Source of the DNA: Armatimonadota bacterium
GTDB taxonomy: Bacteria > Armatimonadota > Fimbriimonadia > Fimbriimonadales > GBS-DC
DNA: 39,743 nucleotides
Direction of reading: 5' to 3'
NCBI GenBank assembly: GCA_037444405.1
Contig: JBBIML010000024.1
Location: forward strand, 1-39,743
Both the position numbers and the translations under genes were made by a program. This document shows, one piece after another, positions 8,164 through 16,305 of this stretch. Numbering within the stretch: position 1 is the first letter of the stretch; every line of letters begins with the position of its first letter. The notes under the pieces are model-generated. The model did not search any database and was not told where the DNA came from. It saw only the letters and a list, made by a program, of their open reading frames with translations.

Positions 8164-9866
8164 CTTTGCAGGCGGGCGGCAATCGCACCGCGCTGCCACG
8201 CGATAATCGCCTCACCCACCAGCCATAGCGCCAGCAACAGGATCAGCCCGCTGAACCCGAACAGCAGCCAGTTGCCCTTCGCCCAGAAGCCCTGCATGCC
8301 CAGCGCCAGCGCCGAAAGGGTCGCAATGAGCATAAAGACCATCGGCACCAGCGTGTAGAGCGTCGGGCGCCCCAGCGCCCGCAAATAGAGCGAGACCACC
8401 AGCAACGCCAGCGCCGCCAGCAACTGGTTCGATGTGCCGAACAGCTGCCACAAAATCGTGCCGACCGACTGCAACTGCCCCGTGACAGGGTCAGGCATCC
8501 GCATCAGCGCGAAGAAGCCGATCAGCCCGACCGCGCCCGCCGTCGCCAGATAAGCGTTGTTCAGGATTGGCAGGCGCAACGCCTGACCCAGCTCTTGAAT
8601 GTTGTAGCGGATGAGCCGTGCGCCCGTGTCCAGCGTGGTCAGCGCGAAGCCTATCGCGACCGTCGCGACGAACACCTTCGCCACCTCCAGCGGGATGCCC
8701 GTCTGACTCACAATCACTCCTGCTCCATGCACGAAGTTCGCCAGCGACTGCTTGCCGACGGCGAGCCAGTCGCTGTAGCGGGCGCCCCATTCAGCGCCCA
8801 GCCCCGCCGCCACCGCCATCAGCGCCAGCACCGCCAGCAAACCCTCGGTCAGCATCGCGCCATAGCCAATCGGCAGCGCGTGCGAGGCGCGATCTAGCTG
8901 GCGCGCGGTCGTGCCCGATGCCACCAGCGAATGGAAGCCTGACACCGCCCCGCACGCCACCGTGATGAACAGCAACGGGAACAGCGGCGGCAGATTCTGC
9001 GCCTCAAAGCTCACCGCAGGCGCTGTAATCGCCGGGCGCCCTATCAGCACGCCCAGCAACAACAGTCCCATCCCCAGAAAGAGCTGGAACGAGTTCATAT
9101 AGTCGCGCGGCTGCAACAGCAACCACACGGGCAGCACCGACGCCGCGAAGGCATATATCAGCAGGATCGCCGTCCAGCGCTCGGCGGTCAGCTCAAACCC
9201 GCCAACCGCCGTGATGGGCAGCCGCACGCCCAGCCACACGAACATCAGGCTGACCAGCAGCGCTATCAGCGTGATCCTGCCCAGGCGCATGCGGAACCGA
9301 TAGACAAGCAGCCCCACAATCACCGCCAGCCCGATCAGCGCGACACTGGGCAGCACTGCCTCGGGCACATGCCCGCCCTCCGCACCGCCTGCGCCCGGCG
9401 CAAACAGATGCGCGATATTAATCACAAACACGCCCATCGCCAGCCCGATCGCGAAGATGCTGAACAGCAGGAACAGCACCCGCGCCCGCGCACCCGCCAC
9501 ATCGTGCGCAATATCGGCAACGGTGCGACCCCGATTGCGAATCGAACTGTACAGGCAGCCCAGGTCATGCACCGCACCGATTAAGATGCTGCCCAGCACG
9601 ATCCACAGCAGTGCGGGAACCCAGCCCCAGATGACCGCAATCGTGGGTCCCAGCAGCGGTCCCAGCCCCGCGATGGAGGCGAAGTGATGTCCGAACAGCA
9701 TCAGCGGCGGCGCAGGCACAAAGTCGATGTCGTCCCGCTGTGTATGGGCGGGCGTCGGCTGCGAATCATCGAGCTGAAACACCTGCCGCGCCAGAAACCG
9801 CCCATAGGTGCGGTACGCCAGCAGCAACAGCACCGCCGATCCCAGCACAACCCAGAGCGCGCTCAC
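8160..9866 (-). CDS. cstA: carbon starvation protein A family peptide/pyruvate transporter
   Basis: FGHHFASIAGLGPLLGP; LPVWLLLQPRDY; FITVACGAVSGFHSLVASGTT; IGYGAMLTEG; WQLFGTSNQLLA. Confidence 0.93.
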   Translation of the reverse strand: MSALWVVLGSAVLLLLAYRTYGRFLARQVFQLDDSQPTPAHTQRDDIDFVPAPPLMLFGHHFASIAGLGPLLGPTIAVIWGWVPALLWIVLGSILIGAVHDLGCLYSSIRNRGRTVADIAHDVAGARARVLFLLFSIFAIGLAMGVFVINIAHLFAPGAGGAEGGHVPEAVLPSVALIGLAVIVGLLVYRFRMRLGRITLIALLVSLMFVWLGVRLPITAVGGFELTAERWTAILLIYAFAASVLPVWLLLQPRDYMNSFQLFLGMGLLLLGVLIGRPAITAPAVSFEAQNLPPLFPLLFITVACGAVSGFHSLVASGTTARQLDRASHALPIGYGAMLTEGLLAVLALMAVAAGLGAEWGARYSDWLAVGKQSLANFVHGAGVIVSQTGIPLEVAKVFVATVAIGFALTTLDTGARLIRYNIQELGQALRLPILNNAYLATAGAVGLIGFFALMRMPDPVTGQLQSVGTILWQLFGTSNQLLAALALLVVSLYLRALGRPTLYTLVPMVFMLIATLSALALGMQGFWAKGNWLLFGFSGLILLLALWLVGEAIIAWQRGAIAARLQR

Positions 9867-9873
9867 GCCTCTT

Positions 9874-9896
9874 ATTATACACGCAGCGGGTAGAAT
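9874..9896. promoter_or_regulatory. back-to-back -10 hexamers (TATAAT on -, TAGAAT on +) directly before two GTG starts
   Basis: 36-bp intergenic region; hexamers lie 7 and 6 nt before the starts; no SD. Confidence 0.6.
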
Positions 9897-9902
9897 CTTC
9901 CC

Positions 9903-11738
9903 GTGCTGTTCCAGTCGCTGAGCGCGCTGTTCTGGTTTCTGCCCGTAGCGGGGCTGATTATCCTGCTATATCTGCTGAAGATACGGCGGCGGGAGGTGCG
10001 CGTGCCTGCTCGCTTCCTCTGGCCGCCCATCACCACCGATGTGCGCGCGAACACGCTGTTCCAGCGGTTGCGCCCGAACCTGCTGCTGTTCCTGCAGCTG
10101 CTGATTGCCCTGTTGCTAATTCTGGCGCTGGCGCGCCCCGCGATTCAAACGCGTGGCGCGCTGGGACGCCAGACGGTGGTGGTCGTGGACGCCTCCGCCA
10201 GCATGGGTGCGACCGATGTGGCGCCCTCCCGCTTCGAAGCCGCCCGCAACCGCGTGCGCACGCTCATCCGCGAGATGAGCGCGTCGGAACAGCTCGCGAT
10301 TATCGAAGCGGGTCCGAATGTGCGCGTGGTCGCCTCGCTTACCGCTGACCAGCGCAGGCTGATGGACGCCGTTAGCAGCCTGCGATTGAGCGACGCGCGC
10401 GCCAACCTCGACGAGGCGCTGCGGTTAGCCGCCGCGCTCGTGGGCAACCGCGCAGGCAGCCGAATCGTGCTGCTCTCCGACGGCGCCTTCCCCGAAATCA
10501 CCGACTTCTCACCCGGCAAGGCGCAGCTGGTCTACGAATCGTTCGGCAAAAACAGCGAGAATGTCGCCATCACCGCGATGGATGTGCAGGAGCGTTCGGG
10601 CGGCATCGAGTGGTTCGTGGGTCTGCGCAACTACGGCGAGAAGCCCGCAAAAGGCGTGCTGGAGTTCTATTCGGGCGGCGAGCTGGTCGACGCCCGCGAG
10701 ATCACCGTCCCTGCGAAGCAGGCAGTGGGTCAGACGCTCACCCTGCAACGCGCCCGCGAGCCACTCGAAGCCCGCCTGCAGATCAACGACGCCCTGCTCG
10801 CCGATAACCGCGCCTACCTGATGGGCAGCACCGAGCGCACCATCCGCGTGCTGCTGGTGGGCGAGGGCAACTTCTTCCTGGAGCGTGCGCTCGCGCTGGA
10901 ACCCAGTGTCCAGTTAGACAAGTCGCCCACCGTGCCCGAAGCCGAGCGGGGCAACAGCGTGGGCGGCAGCGCGTACGACCTGATTATCTTCGATGGTACG
11001 CCCGTCGTGCCCGTCAAAGCGCGCGCGGTGATGACCATCCGCACGCGCGGCGGCGCGATTGCGGAGCTGAGCGGCACCGTCAAGCAGCCACGCGTCGCCA
11101 CATGGGAGCGCGACCACCCCATCCTGCGCTATGTGGAGCTGAGCAACCTGCTGATCGATAATGCGCCGCGCCTTCAACCCGCGCCATGGGCGAAAGTGCT
11201 TGCCGAAAGCCAGCAGACGCCGCTGATAGTGGCAGGCGAGCATGCAGGGCGCAAATGGCTCGGCATCGGCTGGAACCTGCTCGAATCGGACTTCCCGCTC
11301 CAGCCCGGCTTCCCCATCTTTGTCGCGAATGTGCTGCGCTGGGCGACCAGCGAGCGCGTCTCCAGCGCGGGCTTCACCGTGCGCACAGGCGCGCCCTTCA
11401 CCCTCACCACGCAGCCCGACGAACAGCAGCTCACCCTCAAAATGCCCGACGGTCAAACCCAGACTCTGCGCGTGAACGAGGGCAGCCTGATTGTGCCCGG
11501 CGCGCCCCAGGTGGGTCTTTACGAGGTGTCGGGCAAGCGCACCCGGCTGAAGTTCGCTGCGAACCTGCTCGATAGCGACGAGTCGAATACTGCCCCGCGC
11601 ACCAGCCTGCAGCTGGGCGGGCGCACCGTAACTGCCAGGCAGAGCATCTTCACCCTGCGCGAACTCTGGCGACCCCTCGCCCTGCTCGCCCTGCTGACGC
11701 TGATGATCGAGTGGTGGGTGTTTATCCGGAGATCATGA
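9903..11738 (+). CDS. BatA N-terminal/vWA domain membrane protein
   Basis: IILLYLLK..LW..LLLFLQLL..LALARP BatA pattern; VVVDASASM MIDAS; IVLLSDG; C-terminal TM ending EWWVFIRR. Confidence 0.88.
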   Translation: MLFQSLSALFWFLPVAGLIILLYLLKIRRREVRVPARFLWPPITTDVRANTLFQRLRPNLLLFLQLLIALLLILALARPAIQTRGALGRQTVVVVDASASMGATDVAPSRFEAARNRVRTLIREMSASEQLAIIEAGPNVRVVASLTADQRRLMDAVSSLRLSDARANLDEALRLAAALVGNRAGSRIVLLSDGAFPEITDFSPGKAQLVYESFGKNSENVAITAMDVQERSGGIEWFVGLRNYGEKPAKGVLEFYSGGELVDAREITVPAKQAVGQTLTLQRAREPLEARLQINDALLADNRAYLMGSTERTIRVLLVGEGNFFLERALALEPSVQLDKSPTVPEAERGNSVGGSAYDLIIFDGTPVVPVKARAVMTIRTRGGAIAELSGTVKQPRVATWERDHPILRYVELSNLLIDNAPRLQPAPWAKVLAESQQTPLIVAGEHAGRKWLGIGWNLLESDFPLQPGFPIFVANVLRWATSERVSSAGFTVRTGAPFTLTTQPDEQQLTLKMPDGQTQTLRVNEGSLIVPGAPQVGLYEVSGKRTRLKFAANLLDSDESNTAPRTSLQLGGRTVTARQSIFTLRELWRPLALLALLTLMIEWWVFIRRS

Positions 11739-11912
11739 TGCACAAGTTGGAACGGTATCGCTATCGGATTGGAGCCATTTTAGCGCTGTTCTCAGGCGTT
11801 AGCTGGCTGCTAATCGGGTTGGGAACACCATCGCTGGCTCGAAATTAGCATGGGTATTCTCTGCCTTCTCTTAGCCTTTGTATCATGGCTTAACGATCGC
11901 TATACAAACTGA
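11735..11912 (+). pseudogene. small two-TM membrane protein with a 1-nt frameshift
   Basis: ATG overlaps the upstream TGA; MMHKLERYRYRIGAILALFSGVSWLLIGL, then after skipping one G of ttgggaac (~11820) EHHRWLEISMGILCLLLAFVSWLNDRYTN*; lower GC than its neighbours. Confidence 0.5.
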
Positions 11913-11935
11913 AACTAATCGTTTAGAATCTCCTC

Positions 11936-11965
11936 AGCATAGCTCATTCAGAGGGCATTTGTCAA
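11936..11965 (-). promoter_or_regulatory. sigma70-type promoter TTGACA-N18-TATGCT facing into the small ORF
   Basis: 11939-11969 matches 208-238 at 28 of 31 nt. Confidence 0.5.
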
Positions 11966-11974
11966 GGGGTCGCG

Positions 11975-12166
11975 GAGGGTGTTCGAAAATCGCTGGCATC
12001 ATATCCGCCTGTGTGAAGTCCTCCTCACCCGTACCCTCTCCCCCGCCTGCGGGGGAGAGAGGGCGGATGAACTCCCTCTCCCCTCTGGGGAGAGGGTAGG
12101 GGCGAGGAGCATCCTTGCCTCTGGGTGGGGAATCCTGCTCCCAAAGTGGAATTTTCGAACAGCCTC
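11975..12166. mobile_element. putative MITE with 16-bp terminal inverted repeats and an internal REPIN-like palindrome
   Basis: GAGGGTGTTCGAAAAT (11975-11990) versus ATTTTCGAACAGCCTC (12151-12166): 15/16 inverted match; no coding capacity; no clear TSD. Confidence 0.55.
12021..12109. repeat. double-hairpin CCCTCTCCCC...GGGGAGAGGG palindromic repeat
   Basis: 12021-12043 and 12087-12109 are a 21/23 inverted match; each half also forms its own hairpin. Confidence 0.75.
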
Positions 12167-12172
12167 ACCCCG

Positions 12173-13246
12173 CTATATCCCAGCCTTGCTTTGCTGGGCA
12201 CTGCGCAGTGGGATGGGTTTGCCCCGGTGGCGTCCGCGCAGTTGCCCGCAGGCGGCGTCGATATCGCGTCCACGCTCCATCCGCTGGCTCACCGCTATCC
12301 CCGCCTGCTCCAGAATCGCCCGAAAGCGGCGCACGCGCTCTGGTTCTGGACGCTGAAAGTGCTCTGGTGTCGGAACCTCGTTGAACGGGATAAGGTTCAC
12401 CAGGCAGGGCACGCCACGCAGCTTCTGCGCCAGCAGCTTCGCGTGCGCGGGCGTGTCGTTCACCTCGCGCAGAAGCAGATATTCGAAGGTAACGCGCCGC
12501 CGCGTGCGCTCGAAATAGTCTCGCGCCGCCTGCAACAGCGCGTCCACGCCCCATTTGCGATTCACGGGCATAATGCGGGCACGGGTCTCATCGTCGGGCG
12601 CGTGCAGCGAAATCGCCAGCGTAATCGGCAGCTGATGTTCCGCCAGCTCGTAAATCTTGGGCACGATGCCGACCGTGGAGAGGGTGATGTGCCGCATGCT
12701 GATGCCCACCTCGTCGTGAATAAGATGCAGCGCACGCACGACCGCTGACAGGTTCAGCAGCGGTTCGCCCATGCCCATCAGCACCACATGGCTGATGCGT
12801 CGCTCGCTGAGCCGTTGCAGGTGCAGGAGCTGGTCAACAATCTCGCCCGCGCTCAGGTTGCGCGTGTAGCCGCCCTGTGCGGTGGCGCAGAACCGACAGC
12901 CCAGCGCACAGCCGACCTGCGTGGACAGACACACCGACACCCGATGCTCGTAGGGCAACAACACGCATTCGACGGCATTCCCGTCCGACAGCTCCAGCAG
13001 GCACTTGAGCGTGCCGTCGCGCGACTGTTGAGTCTGTGCGATTCGGTTTGGCGTGATGACGGCGCACTCGTTCAGCCGTGCGCGCAGGCGGGTGGGCAGG
13101 TCGCTCATCACCTCAAACGAATCGGCAGCCTTGCGATAGACCCAGTGGGCAATCTGGCTGCCCCGATAGGGCGGTTCACCGAATGCCTGCTCCACCCACG
13201 CCCGCAACTCCGCCGTGCTCATCCCCACCAGCACACTCGGCGCCAT
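12173..13246 (-). CDS. rlmN: 23S rRNA A2503/tRNA methyltransferase RlmN
   Basis: CLSTQVGCALGCRFCAT radical-SAM motif; MGMGEPL; AISLHAP; VTFEYLLL; DIDAACGQL. Start taken at ATG 13246, after TATACT. Confidence 0.95.
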   Translation of the reverse strand: MAPSVLVGMSTAELRAWVEQAFGEPPYRGSQIAHWVYRKAADSFEVMSDLPTRLRARLNECAVITPNRIAQTQQSRDGTLKCLLELSDGNAVECVLLPYEHRVSVCLSTQVGCALGCRFCATAQGGYTRNLSAGEIVDQLLHLQRLSERRISHVVLMGMGEPLLNLSAVVRALHLIHDEVGISMRHITLSTVGIVPKIYELAEHQLPITLAISLHAPDDETRARIMPVNRKWGVDALLQAARDYFERTRRRVTFEYLLLREVNDTPAHAKLLAQKLRGVPCLVNLIPFNEVPTPEHFQRPEPERVRRFRAILEQAGIAVSQRMERGRDIDAACGQLRGRHRGKPIPLRSAQQSKAGI

Positions 13247-13266
13247 ACAAACACAGTATACCGCCT

Positions 13267-16227
13267 CTAAGGCGACGCGGTTGCCACCTGCAGACCTGCA
13301 TATCTCTGAACCTGTCGGGTGAGGTTGAGCCACTCTTCACTGCCGAAGCGACCTTTGCCCCAGGTGAGGGCGACCCAGCCACCTGACAGGGGGCGCGACG
13401 CGCCTGCAGGCACCACCATCGGCTGGGGAACCCACAGGTCAGGATGCTGATTGCCACCTTCATCTTTGAAGAAGTAGCACTGCCATCCGAGCGGGTCGAG
13501 CGGTATCGCGCCGTAGAAACGGTTGGCTGCGCGGTCTTCCCAGACGCCCGCGTTCAGGTAGTAGTTCGGTACGCCGCCTGGCTCATCGTCCGCGCCGTTG
13601 CCGCCCAGCAGGCTCAGTGGATAGTGGTAGACGCCCTTCATCTCCATCGGCTGGCTGCCCCGATTCTGCACCTTCAACCAGCGCACGAGCAGCAAGCCAT
13701 TCACCAGCATAAACTCCCACTCGATGGCGAAGGGGATGTCGGCGGATTCGGGTTCTGGCTGATGGATGAGCCAGCCGCGTCCGTAGCCGATATCGTCCAG
13801 CATGGCGACGGCAATCTCGTGTCGGTTAGGCGCGAGCCAGCGGTTTTCCTTGCGCACCTGCCACAGCAACACCGTGTAGCGCCCATACAGCTCGCCCTGC
13901 CAGCGTAGTTCGCCAATCGGCGCCCGCTCGGTTGTAAAGCGCAACTGCAGGGGTATTGATTGGCTACTGAAGTCTATGAGCGCGTCGGGCGCGAGCAGAG
14001 TGCGCGATTGGGGACGCGCGGCGCGCGGACGCGCTGCCACAAAGCTCAGCACATATTCGCGTCGTTCGCCCGGCTTCAGATTCTGCAGGTGAATCCATGC
14101 CCGTTCGCGGTACAGCGGCTCCACAGTGAACCGTGCAGGCTTGCCTTCGCGCGTGCGGCAGCTGAAGGTTCCCTTCCAGCGAGAGGCGGGGTTGTTCGGT
14201 GGCAAATCCACACACACCCAGCCCGTGAACGCCCGCTCGCCCTGATTGAGGACAGCAACTGGCAGGTGCATCGAGTCTCTGCCCGTTCGCGCCTTAACCG
14301 ATGGAGCGGGTATCGCTTCCGTCGGCTGGGGACTGCGCTCCCAGAAGCGTTTTGAACCCGCGTGGATCGTGTAGGCGCGACGATGGACTTCGGTCGCGGT
14401 GCGTACCAGCTCCTCATAGGGCGCGCCCTGCTCGTTGACCAGCCCGTAGTTGCTGTCTTCAGGGAAGGTGCGGCTGATGCCCAGCGCAGGCTCATCCACC
14501 CACATAAAGAAGTTGGAGCCGACAACAAAGGGCAGCGCCAGTGCGGTCTCCTGAAAGATTCGGAAGCAGAGCGCCCGCTGCGCCTGTGTGTCCACACGCA
14601 TGCCTGCGCCGTGCTTGCAGGGCAGCCCGCTATCCAGCGCAGGGAAACTCCACTCGGTAATCATCAAGGGGCGACCGCTCCCTTTGTGCCACCGGCGCAG
14701 ATGCTCCTCCCAGTCCAGCACGCGCCGCCGACGCAAATCAATTCGCGGATAGGTATTGACACTGATCACATCGCAATATTTGCCCGCGATGTCCCAGACA
14801 GGGGGCGCATCGCCAGCGAACCGACAGCCCAGAATCAGGTGATTGGGGTCATATTTGCGAATGGCGCGCGTCGCGACCTCGAAGTAGCGGCGGGCAGCCA
14901 GTCGCACGAAGGCGATGCCATCCTGCTGGGCGCGCGGTGTGCGAATAGCGGGCGGCGAATCGCTGTCGGCAATCTCCCGAAAATCGCGCAGGTTCGCCTC
15001 CCATGCGCGATTGAAGGCAGAAACATCGTCCCGATAGCGCTGGCGCAGCAGCCCGGCGAGCGCAACCCGCGCGGTGTGCCCTGGCGGACGACGCAACGCC
15101 TCCACCGCCAGCCCCCACTGCAAATGCTCCTTGCCGAACCACTCCAGCTCGTTATCCAGCATGTAGCCGAGCAACCACGGGTCATCACGGTTGGGACGGC
15201 AGCGCTCGTAGGCAACCCACTCGCACCACTGCTCCCATTCGGGCGAGAACACATTCGGGAAGCCCGTCCAGTGAATCGGCTTTACCAGGTCATCGTGATA
15301 GGCGAAGCCCTGCCCCATGCCCAGTATCTGTTCGGGATGCGGCAGCCCCTTATGGCGCAGGTGAACGGAGTGGTTGACCCCCAGCGCGGTGAAGCCCCAC
15401 GCTTTCAGCCGTTGCAGGGTCTCCTGCGCCCAGCGCTCTTCCGAGCCGTGCCGACGCTCCATGTTGCGATGATAGGGCGCGTAGCCGAGCTGCTCGCACC
15501 AGTGAACGAAGTAGCTGGCGTGATCGGTGCCCAGCGCCAGAAACAGGTTGCCGTTGGGGTCGATCAACCACCAGACGCCATCGACCTGCTCCACACGGAA
15601 GAAGCCGGTGGCGCGTTGTTGGGCGGGTTTCACACGCGCCCTCACGGGAGGCAGCTTGAGAATCAATACGGAGGGCGCATACGGCTCTCTGCGCTCGATT
15701 CGCGCGTCGCGAATGGTCGCCTGAAAGCCGTTCACGATAACACCGAGCCTGCCGAAGTAGAAGCCCTGCTCGAATCGCCAGCCTGCTCGCCAGCAGAGCG
15801 TGTCGCCCTCCCACACTTCGCCGACGATTTTTTGCGCGTCCCACTCCATTCGCAGGCGATAGGGTGTGCCATATGCCCACTGCCAGCCCTCGCGCGTATA
15901 AGTCAGGCTCTCATCAGGCACAACGCCCTCCCGCGAGAGCCACTGACCCCCATACATCTGCTGCAGCTCGGCGAAGTGGCGTCGGTCGGTCTCGTCGGGA
16001 GCTTCCACAAGGTTCAGCCGCCAGTGGTTGCGCTCGTCGCGCCAGAGGGTCAGCCCTGCTGTCTTCCACTGGCTGGTGGTGGCACGATGAAGCGTGAAAA
16101 AGGCAGAGAACGCGCCCGCTTTTGAGGAGGAATCGCGCCAGAGCAGCGGCGCCCCAATCCCGCGCGCCTCTATCGTGCCATCAGGCTGCTCCCTGTAGCC
16201 AAACGGCACTATCTCCCACCGCTGCAT
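13267..16227 (-). CDS. multidomain glycoside hydrolase, GH50 (beta-agarase)-like clan A core
   Basis: ATGFFRVEQVDGVWWLIDPNG; RLKAWGFT; PWLLGYMLDNEL (acid/base); DPNHLILGCRFA; PLMITEWSF (nucleophile); FMWVDEP; EDSNYGLV. The ORF-track extension to 16791 is antisense to a repeat gene. Confidence 0.8.
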   Translation of the reverse strand: MQRWEIVPFGYREQPDGTIEARGIGAPLLWRDSSSKAGAFSAFFTLHRATTSQWKTAGLTLWRDERNHWRLNLVEAPDETDRRHFAELQQMYGGQWLSREGVVPDESLTYTREGWQWAYGTPYRLRMEWDAQKIVGEVWEGDTLCWRAGWRFEQGFYFGRLGVIVNGFQATIRDARIERREPYAPSVLILKLPPVRARVKPAQQRATGFFRVEQVDGVWWLIDPNGNLFLALGTDHASYFVHWCEQLGYAPYHRNMERRHGSEERWAQETLQRLKAWGFTALGVNHSVHLRHKGLPHPEQILGMGQGFAYHDDLVKPIHWTGFPNVFSPEWEQWCEWVAYERCRPNRDDPWLLGYMLDNELEWFGKEHLQWGLAVEALRRPPGHTARVALAGLLRQRYRDDVSAFNRAWEANLRDFREIADSDSPPAIRTPRAQQDGIAFVRLAARRYFEVATRAIRKYDPNHLILGCRFAGDAPPVWDIAGKYCDVISVNTYPRIDLRRRRVLDWEEHLRRWHKGSGRPLMITEWSFPALDSGLPCKHGAGMRVDTQAQRALCFRIFQETALALPFVVGSNFFMWVDEPALGISRTFPEDSNYGLVNEQGAPYEELVRTATEVHRRAYTIHAGSKRFWERSPQPTEAIPAPSVKARTGRDSMHLPVAVLNQGERAFTGWVCVDLPPNNPASRWKGTFSCRTREGKPARFTVEPLYRERAWIHLQNLKPGERREYVLSFVAARPRAARPQSRTLLAPDALIDFSSQSIPLQLRFTTERAPIGELRWQGELYGRYTVLLWQVRKENRWLAPNRHEIAVAMLDDIGYGRGWLIHQPEPESADIPFAIEWEFMLVNGLLLVRWLKVQNRGSQPMEMKGVYHYPLSLLGGNGADDEPGGVPNYYLNAGVWEDRAANRFYGAIPLDPLGWQCYFFKDEGGNQHPDLWVPQPMVVPAGASRPLSGGWVALTWGKGRFGSEEWLNLTRQVQRYAGLQVATASP

Positions 16228-16305
16228 ATTCGACTCGTTCGCCTGAGATGGAACATCTCCTGCCAGGCGCCCTGCAGGTGGTATAATCTTGGGTGGAACA
16301 AGCCG

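Noticed and set aside
12173..13246. Cfr resistance methyltransferase
   Set aside because: MGMGEPL and the housekeeping context fit RlmN; Cfr typically has MGMGEAL.
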